DNA from: Sphyrna mokarran | Taxonomy: Eukaryota | Direction: 5' to 3' | Length of the DNA: 64,000 bases | Assembly (NCBI GenBank): GCA_024679065.1 | Contig: JAGIQG010000011.1 | Location: 42,098,001 to 42,162,000 of the forward strand | Shown here: positions 1 to 12,989 of the stretch, in pieces | Layout of the letters: each line of letters starts with the position of its first letter | How positions within the stretch are numbered: position 1 is the stretch's first letter | The notes under the pieces: generated by a model | What the model was told of the DNA's origin: nothing | Databases searched by the model: none | Seen by the model: the letters and a program-made list of their open reading frames with translations, nothing else | Program-made: the position numbers and the translations under genes

Positions 1-359
1 CTCAAACATGCCGCTGTTTGTGTGAACTGTTGGTGGGGAATCTGCCTGGTGTTTGGGGAAAGGTGGCTTTGGTCCCCGGGAGGGCAGCACTTCCAGAGTC
101 AGGCCTCTGCTGCCATTTTGTACCTGGAGCTCTCCTGACTCCTGACTAGCCCGGGTTAATTATCTGTTTAAAATCATTGTTACGGAATACCTCAAGCACC
201 ACACCCAGAATGTACAAGAGGCCTTAGGCAGTTGTTTGCCATTGTACATGATTGGATCCAAACATAACAGCCACACGAAGATGACTGGATGCAGTGGAGC
301 ATCAACCAAGTGTCTTGTTGTTGGAGCATTTTGGCCAGATTCATTTGCCACATTAACTC

Positions 360-605
360 TGCAATGAAGTTACTGTGAAAATCCCCTAGTTGCCACACTC
401 TGGCAGCTGTTTGGATACGTTGAGAGAATTAGCATGGTCAATCCACCTAACCAGCTCATCTTTCAGACATGATAGGAAACCGGAGCACCCAGAGTAAACC
501 CATGCAGATACAGGAGCACATACAAAACTCCACACAGACAATGACCAAACGTAGGAATTGAACCCAGCTCCTTGGCATGGTGAGGCAGCAGTGCTAACCA
601 CAGTA
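360..605 (-). mobile_element. HE1-type tRNA-derived SINE (V-SINE)
   Basis: Reverse complement gives ggttagcactgctgcctcac...ggttcaattcc (A/B boxes) and the core gtggagtttt...gggtgctccggtttcc. Confidence 0.8.
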
Positions 606-3600
606 ATTAGGCTGATCAAGACTCAGAAATGCTGGTGAATGATTGTGCATTGCCAGTTCTGACTACGGCAAACTAATTTAACAACCTACGTCTGAAATGA
701 GTGCATTATTGAAAAGAAAATCTGCTCATTTCAAGCAACCACCAGTCTCACCTTATAAAAAAGCTTCTGTCAATTCTGCTGTGCCTGAGCATTCATGCAG
801 ATCAGGTACAGATCTCTGCGCCGCTAAATTGATTATTGTTATACCAACTTTAGAGCCATAAAACAGGCATGACAATGTTAAATTTAGACCCTGTTGTCTC
901 TGTAAATGCATCCAGCAGTGAAGTAATATTGGAGAAAAATAATGATTACGTTAAATTTTCCTGATGAATTTATTCCTAAGGTTCATATTTATCCTGCTGT
1001 TACTATGCTATCCAGGGGCATGTCCAACACAGCCTGACAAGACTTCTAGCTTCAAATACAATGTTTGAAAAAAGAAAATAATTACCAATTCCAAAGAATT
1101 GAATTTTGTGAGGTATTCAAGGAGTTTGAATTTGAAACTCGAGATGTAATTTGTTAGGTAATGTTGGGAAATTATTGACTCTGCATGTTAATTATTACAA
1201 GTAACTAAAAGATGAACACTCCCTGAATAGGAAGACATTTACGTTGGGCCTTGTTTTGCTAACTAGAATAGCGAAGAACTGGATCTCTAGCCATAGTCAG
1301 AAGTTTTACTAGTTCTGAGATGCTGCCTTCTGCTGGATAATGGAATGAATGCAAAGTCAGGGAAAGGAAAAACAGATTATATAAAAAATCAAATCAATTT
1401 TTTTAAGTAAATTTATAATTGAGGAACATTTCATATCCTGGAAGTAGTGCACTGAACTTGAGCCACTATTGACCATTTAGAGAGGAATTTTATTGAAAAT
1501 ATAATTTATATACAACAGCAAGTCAGAATTTAACTTTGTTTTGATGTTCCAGAGAGATCACAATTAGAAAGATAATTTAAAGTAACAGCAAATAATTTGA
1601 AATGATTTCATCCTGATTCACAAGTTTTCAAACATAGAATTTCAGACATGAAATGAAAATTGAAAATTATCTGGTGGATTTTAAAAATTATTAGTAGCTA
1701 AAAATTATTATGTAAATAATGCAAAAATGAGACCAATCAAAGAAGGCTAAATTTACATGATTGTAGGCAGGCGAATTGATAACAAAGACACTGTCTCTAT
1801 GTTAACACAGACGATTAGGTCAAGTTTTTACCCTCTGAGCTCTTTTCCTGTAAGTGACGCATTCTGATGTGAAACAAGCAACATGTCAAAGCAAGTTGAA
1901 AGATGTAGGCATTTTATGCCATGTCACGATGACAGGCCGATGAATATTTGGGCCATTAGGGGCTTATTAGTGAATAAATGACCAGATGGTTCACTGATGC
2001 ACAGAGATGGACAGAACTGGATGCTACTAATCAGCACTGTCTGTACTTGGTGTCATATCACATGACACAGTAACCCATGGTTACTGAATAAAAGTTACTA
2101 TTAGCAAGTCAATTTTTCAATGTGTTCACTAAACACTGGGCCCCAATACTATAGACCTATATGAAACTTTGTATACATAATTACTAATTTCCCGAAAAAG
2201 AAATAAAATGATCGAACAAAATTAAGCATTGTGCTGTTAATAAATAATATTTGTAACATATATACAACAATTTTTTATGGTAGTTTAATTTTTAATGTTA
2301 TAAAACTTCCTTTGAAATATAAAGCTAGAAATGTTTTTCACATCAAGCTCAATATCTGAAGGAACAACCTTTTGAAGAGGTGGGCAAGTTAACCACATCA
2401 GAAATCCATTGGTTACTAAATCAAGACAAAACACAAGAGAAAAGTTACACGTGAATTTTTGAATTGGATTTTTTTTCTAAGTATTTCCAAAAATGTACAA
2501 GTATTTCACCAATTCCCTTGAGGATCTTGGCAACATTTTACAGTCAATTTTTTTTAAAAAGCACCAACTTTTGTTGTTCACTTGGGAACTGCATTAGGAA
2601 GTTGCCTATCTGAATTGCTCAGGAGACACATACTTCAATCAGCTATGCAGTCAGTTGAGATAAATGAACCATATATAAAAATATACATAATTAAAATGGA
2701 GCTAGTGAATAAGGCTTAGATAATTGTTCAGCTCCTCGCTATGACATTCAGATGTTAACATCCTAAAACATCCAATTGAAAGCCATTTCCATTGTTCTAA
2801 ATTTTTGTTTATTCAGATTTTCTAATATTAAGCATAACTTCAAAATGATTTTTAATAAAATATTGTAATAGAAAGTGAGCATCATTTAAAATCTAGAAAG
2901 CAAATACAATAACCCAAATTTTATTTTCATCAACAAAAGTTCTACTTACCAAAGTGAGAAAACTCTTTTAAATATACTAGTAATCACTAAGTGATTAATA
3001 AAGCATAATTAAGAATTTGAGAAGAATCTTAAGATGTGCTGGACATCATTGAGAACAATTTACAACATGCTGTTGATACTGGTAAAGAGGGAACTCCAAA
3101 AAAATGCCTGATCAAATACATTTAAAACATTTCCTTAAATCCAAAATATAGTAACAAACTAATATCAATAGCAGTAGGATATAATATGAAAATGTGTAAT
3201 GTTGGCATCTTATTATGTGTGTTTAAAATAGTGTGTGATTATTACATATCATACACTAATTGCAGTTCATTAATGTTAAACCGTAATGGCACCAGACCCC
3301 AGTTAATGGGCTGTAAAGCTTCTGCAGTGATTCACAGCAAATAAAAACAAGTTAATGAAGGCAGCCATTGAAACTTCATTATGTAACCAAAATACATGAT
3401 TTCCTACAGCTGGTTTGTGCTGGTTACTAACACCCAACACAACTTGCTTAAGTAGTAATCTCCATGCATGAATGCACTTCAAAAATTAAAATATCTTTTA
3501 AAAGTAAATAAATAAATTCTGTTAGAGTCAAATTATGTTAAAAATGCTTTGAATTAGTATGTTTTTGCTCTGTGATTTGTTTAAGTAGTGTAGTTCACAC

Positions 3601-4619
3601 AATTAAAATACCATGAAATAATGCATCTATAATACCAACTTGACTCTGTTGATGAATATTGAACTTTTGTGACAAGCAAACACTCAGTTTTGTCTTTCTT
3701 TCCAGCTCTTTAACCCATTTCATTAAAAACAGTTTGCACCCATTTATGGTTTTCGTTTACATATTGTATTTACACATTCCTAAATGTTTGAATTGGAATG
3801 AAAATGTATTACATACTGACTTCAACATGTATTACATACCAACTTCAACATGTTATAACCTGTGAAATAAGAATCGATACTTGTCATCCAGTTTATTGTT
3901 GGACTACTAGATTTATGGCTGTCTTTCATCTAGTATAAAAACAGTTCACAATAAAAGTTTTGTTCGGATATTAAAAAGTTTCACTTGTTGACAGACAGTG
4001 AGGAATGTAGAGACGCACCTCTTTCTGCAGATTGGCCGACCCGTAGTGTGTTGATCCAGATGGACTGTTGTTATAGTTCCTATGGATAGACGAAATAGAT
4101 AATATCTAAATGAGTAGTAGGAGGTCAGATTTGTGACAATAAACAATGAGGGATCCAGACATAAATAAAAAAGGACATTATAAGACTCCTAGATGGACTT
4201 AAAGATTATCAAAAAAAATTTTTTTAATAATCCAGAGTAACTGATATAAGCTTTCACTGCTTATTAGCACAAGCCACCATTATATTTCTATCTTGGTGTA
4301 AGTGTCTGAGACAAAGAGAAAATACATACTAGAAAACCTATCTGACTTTCCTGCAATAAGCACCTGGCAACCATTCGTTCAGGGTGCTTTTCAATAAAAA
4401 ATATTAACCTGATTTTGCTTTTATAACATTTTCTGAAGCTGAGGAAGTCATACGAGTAAAACAGAAGAATGAGTATGTCATTCAGTTCCTCAAATCTACA
4501 TTCAGCCATGGTTAATCTGTATCTCAATTTCATAACTCCTTGATATCCTCACATAGGGTCATGTACTCATATGGCACAGAAGGATGCCATCCAGCTCATC
4601 TACTCCATATAGACCAATC

Positions 4620-5145
4620 CAGTCAATCTCTGTATCCTGTTCAGTTTGATTCCCTCAAGTGTCCATCCAATTTCCTTTTGAAATCATTGATCTCTCCTTT
4701 GCAACCAATGCAAAGGCAGTGAGCCCCAGGTCATTATCACTCACTGCCATATAAATATCTTCTTCATAATCCCCTGCATCTTGTCCCCAAAACCTTAAGT
4801 CTCTGTTCCTTAGTTCTTGTATCATCAGCTGTGGGTGTGTCTTTGTCTGTCTTATCCAAACCAGTCATAATCCTGTACTCCTCTATCAAATCTTCCCTCA
4901 ACCTGCTTTGTTCCAAGGAGAACAATTCCAGCTTCTTGAACCTAACTTTGTAATTAAATTTATTATCACTAGAACCATTTTGGCAAATCTCCTCCACATC
5001 CTCACAAGGACTCTCATCCTTCCTAAAGTGAGGTGATCAGAACCAGCCTAACAAGAGCTTTATATAGGTTCAGCATAATTTCCCTGCTTTTGTGCTCAAT
5101 ATCTCTATGTACAAAGCCTAAGATAGGATATGCTTTGCTAAGAGT
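4620..5145 (-). mobile_element. Degenerate CR1 LINE 3' region
   Basis: ORF 4764..4997 contains LELFSLEQSRLREDLIEEYRIMTGLDK, the CR1 ORF2 C-terminal motif. Confidence 0.8.
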
Positions 5146-5229
5146 TCAAGTTAAAGCTACTTTTGACAATGTACACACAAAATACTGACACAAATGTGAA
5201 TAAACTTGGTAACCTGACAGAAAAGTAAA

Positions 5230-5520
5230 GTAATTTTTGGGAAGCTGATGCCAATCAGAAATAAATCAACCTCAGGCTTGAGAGATCCAATTGCCCAATC
5301 ATTCATAGCCTTTTTGAGGCAATGGCAGGGAGGGGTGGAGTGGGGGAAAATGCAGATTCCACTAAACTTTATGTGGAAAAAGTGCTTCCTGATTTCTCGC
5401 ATACATAGTTTCCATCTAATTGTATTATGCTACCACATTCTGGATTCCCCTTTACAGGAAATAGTTTCTCTGCATCTATCCTATTCCATACACTCTATCA
5501 AAACAAATAAATGCACACCT
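5230..5520 (-). mobile_element. Old CR1 3'-end fragment
   Basis: ORF 5157..5402 (REIRKHFF...SLKPEVDLFL) resembles the CR1 terminal motif. Confidence 0.55.
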
Positions 5521-5974
5521 AGAATGGGGAAGGAGGAATGGGCCTGGGCATTTGGATCAGGAAATGGCAACCTGAGCTAGTGAATGAGCCGCATGAGTGA
5601 TCCTGTATCATCTCAGTGAATTATAAGATTAAAACCAGACATGTTCACTAACCACGATCCCATGAATAAGATTAAATGCATTTAATACACGCCAAATATT
5701 TCAGAAGGAACTATGGAAAATGCTTAATCAAAAGAAATATTTACACTTTGGACATGGAGGGAGTGCACAGCTTTCACAATCAATGTTAAGTGCAATCAGC
5801 ATATACATCACTTCACTTACCCTTGCTTTATTTGCATACCACTTCAGTGATGCCAGTATCTGGGAAATCAGTGCAGTATGGCAACTCTGCACATGGGCAA
5901 TAGTCAACAAAATGTCTTGTGGGCTACTGTCAGATATCAGGTGGGCTGTATATGGCCCACCACTCATAGACTCA

Positions 5975-6235
5975 TATCATTGAATTCCCACAGTGCAGAG
6001 GGAGGCCATTCCGCCTATCAAGTATGCATCGACTCTCTCTGACAGAGTATGCCCATAAAGTCAAACATTTACCATGGCCAATCCACGTCACCTGTACATC
6101 TTTGGACTGTGTGAGGAAACTGGAGTGCCCAGAGGGAACCCAAACTGACATAGGGAAATGTACAAATTCCATACGGACAGTGATTCAAGACCAGAATCCC
6201 TTGTACTGCGAGGCAGCAGTATACCACCATGCCTC
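5975..6235 (-). mobile_element. HE1-type SINE
   Basis: acatctttggactgtgtgaggaaactggagtgcc core plus the cagtgcagagggaggccatt tail. Confidence 0.8.
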
Positions 6236-6429
6236 GCTGATTTGGATGTTCTGGCTTCAGATAATTCACACCTCTTTAACCTGTGATTATTCCTCTCTCC
6301 ATGCGCACTCTTGTACTGTAAAGACTGGATTATCTGTAAGGACTCGCATTCCAACATTTTTCATGTTCCAATCTGTAATTATCTTGCAATTGTATCTTTG
6401 CCTACATATGCCATATTTGTGAACCAACC

Positions 6430-6546
6430 TCTACTCATCAGATGAAGGAGCAGCCTCTGAAAGTTTGTAATTCCAGATAAACCTATTGGACTTTAACCTG
6501 GTGTTGTGAGACTTCTTACTGTGCCTACGCTGGCATCTCCACATCT
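6430..6546 (+). mobile_element. Penelope-type terminal repeat fragment with decayed hammerhead core
   Basis: cagatgaaggagcagcctctgaaagtttg...ggactttaacctggtgttgtgagacttcttac...ggcatctccacatc; same family as the copies at 11488, 27853, 48703 and 58182. Confidence 0.6.
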
Positions 6547-7231
6547 TGATTTGGATCATCCTGGCAACAATTGAATACATAGTTACAACATTTCTGATCA
6601 ATGGAAAATAAGTCCACATACAATGTCGCCCATTATTGGAAATGCACTAAAAACGTTAAATGACAATGTTTATCTACAACAATAATTCACCATGTGAAGA
6701 TCCTCACTTTAACAATAAATATTTATTCTATCTCCAAAAGATTTTTAATCCCACTAAAACTATTGTTGCCTACAGAAGTATTAACATTGTGAAGAAAAAC
6801 AAACAGAATAAGCTCACTTGTCATTTTAACTAAAATAAGATGTGATGACTCATCAAATCTGAATAATGATAGACTTCTCAAGGGCAATTAAGAATGGGCA
6901 ATACATGCTGGCCTAGTCAGCAAAGCCACATCCCTTGAACAAATGCATTAAAAAAAACCTACCTGGTTTACAGAGAGATTTAATCCTTTTATTTAACTAG
7001 TCCTCCTTTGCTTTTATGCTATTTTATTTAAATAACTCTCCTCTCCAATTCCTGTTCACTGTTCTGTTTATTCAATTCAGAACTGGCATAATTGCAGATA
7101 TCTTTACGTGGAAGGGACACAAAGATTCATCAATCCCACAAGTTAAAATCATTCATGGGTTACCCAAATAAACTTGGATGTTGATCTCTAAATTGACAAA
7201 AATCTATCTTCATGTGATAATAATATAATAC

Positions 7232-7525
7232 CACACGGTGGTACAGTAGTTAGCATGGCTGCCTCACAGTGCCAGGACCCGGGTTCAATTCCAGCCTTGG
7301 GTCACTATCTGTGTGAAGTTTGCACATTCTCTGTGCGGGTTTCCTCCAAGTGTTCCAGTTTCCTCCCACAGTCCAAAGCTGTGTGGAATAGGTGGATTAG
7401 GCATGATAAATTGCCCCTTGGTGTCAGAGGAAGTAGCCAGGGTAAAAGTTATGGAGATAGCATCTGCGTGGGATTATGGTTAGTGCAGACTTGATGGGCT
7501 GAATGGCTGTAGGATTCTATGATAA
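7232..7525 (+). mobile_element. HE1-type SINE, near full length
   Basis: cacggtggtacagtagttagcatggctgcctcacagtgccaggacccgggttcaattcc head, V-domain core and gattctatga tail. Confidence 0.85.
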
Positions 7526-10500
7526 CACCAGAAATTGTTTTGTATGGGTATTTTAAAATATATTAGCACTCACTGAGGCAGATCAGTAGTCAGTGATGAC
7601 AAGCAATGAGGTCTGAGTAGGGATGTTGCTATAAAATCTTGTCAATGCAAGGCTTAATGTAACCCCAGATTCCTGTTGCATTGGACAGGTCACGTTCATA
7701 ATATAAATGCTTTCTTTCCAATCGTGAGCTATTGTACTTGCAACATCATCTCACATCTTTGTCCGCAGGTTGCAGTGTCACTTTCACAGCACTTGAACCT
7801 GTGATCATAAAAGATGTGGAGCCAACCTGTAACTCTTTGAGCTCTGTAATGAAATTGACAGTCAAGTCACAAACAAAACAAGATTGCAATTTATTTAATA
7901 GTGTTTGGAAAAAACCTGTTGTACATTCCACGAATTGTAAAATATTCAGAAATTTATAATCTCTTTTACAGAGGCCTGAATCTGAGGTTATTCAGTACAC
8001 TGTGGGTTAACTTGATCCTAATTATCTGGTTAACCTTTTGAGCATTTATGTTCTCAGAGCTCGTGAAATGTACCAGTAATCACTGCAAAGCTGCATTGCT
8101 TTAAATGTTAATGTGGTGCCAGTATTTTGATGCAGTTTAGGAAATATGCAGAATAATTTCTTAATTTACGGCATTCTCTTCAAGAAAAAGAAAGTAATTA
8201 AGCTTTGGTACAGGAAGGTGACTTCAATCCTTGAAGAGTTATCTGTAGCTCCTAGCTTTAACCATTCTTTCAACATGGAAAGAGTGGCATGAAGTGTAAC
8301 ATAGAAATTGTACTTCAGAAGTGAGGCTAGACTATTAGACTTTTCAGTGTCATTGTACATCTCGAAATGTCTAATTTTTTTCCCCTACTAATCCTTTCAA
8401 TTATTTGTATGGTAGGTTTCTTATATTTTTCTATAATCAGGAATCAAGTCTTTAAAATAAACGAATTCTGAGCAACAATTGATACATTGAAATATCAACA
8501 GTTTTGAAAACATCCAATGAAAATAGGTTTGGTTCCATTCCTATTAGTAATTACATTTATCTTTGCTGAGTGAGTGTGTGGTAAGGGTGTTCATTGTATG
8601 GCTGTTCCTGAATGTTAAAGGTCGTATGTCAGTTTTATGGGAGTAGAGTAGGCTGTGTCTAACGAACTGCTGTTACAATATGTTTTGAATATGAATACAT
8701 TAATTTTTTAAATGTCTTTCAAATATCCTCATGCATCAGCCTTTTTAACACTGATAATTTGACAGTGGACCCTGGTTCTATCTGAGTGAGCTCATTGGTG
8801 CTTACTGCACACCTGCGCCTATCCATGCATTAAACTTTGATCATAAGGCTCCGCGCAAATGAACTGTCAGATCATTACTGCATTTGATGCAATATAATCT
8901 GTCTAGAAATTAGCATCTCCCATCCACACAGGAATTTCACAGCACATAGGCCAATGCCGTGTTTGAATATGCATTTGTGGAGATTCATATCCATTGCTGG
9001 TCCCTGGAGAATACAAGTTGAGAGCAGATTTGTGAATTAGCATGTCGAGTGGGAAGGGTCCTTCATTTCAGCTGCTGCAGATGCCGCTCCCTCTCGTTCA
9101 TTACAGTTGCATTTCATCAGCTTTATGATGTCCACATGTCAATTGAGTGTGAGGATTTTGCACACAAAAGAGCCTAGGGGAAAACGACTTCACTGCCTAA
9201 TCAACTGATTATCATACCTCAAATGGGCTGCAGTATGCAGATGGAAAAACATGGCTAGCAAGGGTAAAAATCGGAGAACATAGCAGCATCTAAGCATTAA
9301 GTCATGGCACTAACAGAAATGAAATGCAGTGATAGCAGAGAGACTCTATTCACTTCACAGACCTGCTGCCTTATGCTTTATCAAAAGTGCCTAACACACA
9401 CAGATGCACTATTTAACAATGCTGTCCCCTGCTTTCATCAGAAGTGGGTAAGGTTGCCGAGCTAAGCTCTGAAGAATAAAGGGGAGCAGGTCCCTAGTGA
9501 TAGGCAAAAGCTGAACATCGATGCCAGCTTCCATCTGTCATGATAGCCTATCTCTGAACCTTCAATCTGTCAGAAGCTTGCTGCCTCGCTGAAGGCTCCA
9601 GGAGATTTGGTGCACTAAACACATTTGACAACAGCATTATCGCTGCAAGGAGCCAGGCAAAATGCCATCAATGTGTTAATTGAAGCTAGATGTGTAAACT
9701 GTCACTTCTCATCTTTTTTAACACCACCAATGCCAATATCATGCACATAATTTCTATATGTTACAAACATAGAATTATGTCATATCTAGTGGGGTGAACT
9801 CTCCCCCATTCGTTGAATGATATGCATTTCATTGCTGCTGTATTGAAAGTCTTGTTTTAAAAATGGTTAATTTTATATTTTTGGATTTATAGTGGTCAAT
9901 CCAGATATGTTATACTATTGTAAAATCACACTTGTATCTTTAAAATATTGTGACTGCATTGATTTTACATTTTGCAGATCTCTCCAGACCTCTATTGTAA
10001 AGTTATCTCCATACACTCCCATTATCTTAAGAGGTAACATTTTCTTATCAACATACCTTATGTTGGTTTTACATTATCTCTCATATACATGGATAGGATA
10101 GCCGAGTGTCTGCTTCTGTGCTGTTTAATTCCATTCCATTCTGTGTTTTTATGGGATAAATTCTAATCTGAATCCTAACCCCAATGATAGGCTGATAGGA
10201 GGGTGAGGAACAGTAAGGTGCTTGGGAATACAAAGATGCTTTGAGTTCTTAAATCTGACTTCAACTCCCCCCCCCCCTCCACTATGAGTGGAGGTAAGTT
10301 GGATACGACCAGTGGGGCATGTAATCTAAATGTTCTCAGGAATCAGGCTGGTCACCAAAATCTTGTAAGAAGGATTCCCCTTCTCCATTTGAATTGACGT
10401 TTGATTCTGAACACAAGGAATTGAGGCTTACTTATTATACTCAAAAGTAAAAGGAAAAAGAAGGGCTGGATCCTACTAATAAACACTTCTATTGTGCTGC

Positions 10501-11029
10501 TTAGAAGCCAGAAGGAACAAGACCGTTCCGTCAGGCCAAAGAAGTTTATCGACACTGGAAATGTGGGAATTATGGGAATAAGGCCTGGGTGGGATTGTGA
10601 TCGGTGCAAACTCAGTGGGCCGAATGGCCTCCTTCTGCACTGCAGGGATTATATATTTTATGTTCGATGAAATGTGATCAAACTCTCCACAATCACTGAC
10701 CCAATAAACCAATATAATTGGTGAATTCCCATGCTGTCTGATTCATTCCACAATATTCAATCTCCCCTACATTCTCCAAATCTCCCCAATGTCTGAAAGC
10801 CTCCCAAAATTCTTCCACAACATTTAAATACCACCTGCAGTGTTTGCTCAATCCTACAATATATAACTACCTGACATTACCAATTCACCCCAATGCTGCA
10901 GTATCCAGATTCCTCTCTCCACCGATGCCTAATCCACCCCTCAAAACCCTCGTTGCCTGCAATATTCGGATGCCCATCCCCCACGATATCTAATTCACCT
11001 CCTTGCCCCATCTGCTCCAATTCACATCC

Positions 11030-11485
11030 TAAAACAGGCAATGACTGACTGACCCATCCCAAACAGGCAACAACTAACTGACCCCTCTGCCTCAAACAGG
11101 CAATGGCTGACTGACCCTTCTGCCCCAAACAGGCTATGACTGACTGACCTCTCTGCCCCAAACAGGCAATGACTGACTGATCCCTCTGCCCCAAACAGGC
11201 AACGACTGACTGACCCTTCTGCCCCAAACAGGCTATGACTGACTGACCTCTCTGCCCCAAACAGGCAACGACTGACTGGCCCCTCTGCCCTAAACAGGCA
11301 ACGACTGACTGGCCCCTCTGCCCCAAACAGGCAACGACTGACTGACCCCTCTGCCCCAAACAGGCAATGACTGACTGACCCCTCTGCCCCAAACAGGCAA
11401 CGACTGACTGACCCCTCTGCCCCAAACAGGCAACGACTGACTGACCCCTCTGCCCCAAACAGGCAACGACTGACTGATCTGTCCC
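11030..11485. repeat. 33-bp minisatellite, about 14 copies (AAACAGGCAACGACTGACTGACCCCTCTGCCCC)
   Basis: Units start at 11061, 11094, 11127 ... 11457 with an exact 33-nt period; this produces the 11-aa repeat in ORF 10877..11581. Confidence 0.95.
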
Positions 11486-11487
11486 AA

Positions 11488-11690
11488 TGTGGAGATGCCG
11501 GTGTTGGACTGGGATAAATGCAGTAAGAAGTCTGACAACATCATGTTTAAATCCAACCGATTTATTTGATAGTAAACTCACAAGCTTTCGACCTCATTCA
11601 CCTGACGAAGGCCATAAGTCAAAAGCTTGTGAGTTTACTGTCAAATAAATCGGTTGGATTTAAACATGATGTTGTCAGACTTCTTACAGT
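11488..11690. mobile_element. Palindromic Penelope-type terminus inserted in the minisatellite
   Basis: 66-bp inverted arms at 11523-11588 and 11622-11687 (1 mismatch) around a CTGACGA-containing loop. Confidence 0.75.
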
Positions 11691-11694
11691 GTTG

Positions 11695-12200
11695 CCCTGT
11701 CCCAAACAGGCGATGGTTGACTGAACCCCCTATTCCAAATAAGCAATATCTGACTGACCGCCCCCACCCAAACATGCAATATCTGACTGACCAACCCTCC
11801 AAATAGACAATGTCTGACAGACCCCACTAAACAGGCAATGTGTGACTGATCACCGCACCTAAACAGGCAATGTGTGACTGACATCCCTCAAACAGGCAAA
11901 TGTCTGACTGAACCCCCCCCCACCCCCTTTCCCAAACAGGCAATGTCTGACTTACCCTCCCAAACAGGCAATGTCTGACTGAAACCCCACCCCCCACCCA
12001 CCGCCTCCAAACAGGCAATGTCTGACTGGCAACCCCCACACTGGAACATCTCAGTGAAATCACTCCCAAACAGACAATATCGGACAGAACCCCATAAACA
12101 GGCAATGTCTGACCGACAACCCCCCCCAAAACAGCTAATGTCAAACTGACCCTCCCAAATTGGCCATGTCTAATTGATCACCTGACCAAACAGGCAACAG
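11695..12200. repeat. Degenerate continuation of the aaacaggcaatgtctgactg repeat array
   Basis: About 14 variable-length units sharing ccaaacaggcaatgtctgac. Confidence 0.85.
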
Positions 12201-12224
12201 GTGGCATGGTGACAGGGGAGAGAA

Positions 12225-12505
12225 GGTGGCACTGTAGTTAGCATTGTTGCCTCACAGTGCCAAGGACCCGGCTTCAATTCTGGTCTCAGGTCACTATCAT
12301 TGTGGAGTTTGCACATTCTCCTTCTGTCTGCATGGGTTTCCTCCGGGTGCTCCAGTTTCCTCCCACATTCCAAAGACGTCCAGATTAGGTTGATTGGCTA
12401 TGATAAATTGCCCCTTAGCGTCAGGTAATTGGCAGGGTGAATATAGGTATTAAGGGCCTGGGTGGGATGGGCCAAATGGCCTCCTTCTGCTCTGTGGGCA
12501 TTCTC
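12225..12505 (+). mobile_element. HE1-type SINE
   Basis: ggtggcactgtagttagcattgttgcctcacagtgcc head and gggtttcctccgggtgctccagtttcctccc core. Confidence 0.85.
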
Positions 12506-12786
12506 TGAAACAGGTCATGTTGGTTTCATTCTCCCCCTTCCCTCAACTCCCCCCTCACCCATACCCAAACACACCATGTCTGATTAACCTTTCTACAGAT
12601 GAAGTATAGTGGCAACCAAAGTAAGCAATGCTTGGAACCTTATTAATTATGCATCGGTGAGCCATTCTCCAAGTTACATGGTGGGGTAGGCACTGATACA
12701 TCTGCCCTGCCATCACTTCCTCTCTGAAGCCCATCTGTCTGGTCTGGATTCCCTGGGATAGCTACAAGGGAAAGAATCTATGAACC

Positions 12787-12989
12787 CCAAGATTTAGTCA
12801 TGACTCCCTAATGGCTCTCTTCAACATGATCCACAAACATCGCGATGTCCTCTTCCCATGTTATGGATACAGGAAGTCTAGCAATCTTGCCAGCCTGGAG
12901 GTGATTGCAGAGGGCACATGTGCCACTGGGATCCTAGAAAATGCCTTGCAGTGCAGAAAGAGGATAAATGATCTTATCCACACACCACG
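12787..12989 (+). pseudogene. Myb/SANT-like DNA-binding exon of a PIF/Harbinger-type element
   Basis: Reads PRFSHDSLMALFNMIHKHRDVLFP...LQCRKRINDL, matching the Harbinger Myb pattern PRFS..L..L....R..LF...QC.K.(W/F)NDL. The central Trp appears lost. Confidence 0.7.

Noticed and set aside
7232-7300. tRNA-like sequences (also near 540-605, 12225, 24690, 52120)
   Set aside because: They are SINE heads followed by SINE body and tail, not standalone tRNA genes.
10877-11581. 234-aa ORF with GQRGQSVVACL repeats
   Set aside because: By-product of a stop-free 33-bp minisatellite; its start lies in a transposon fragment.
11030-12200. CRISPR-like repeat array
   Set aside because: The units abut with no unique spacers, there are no cas genes, and the context is a vertebrate genome.
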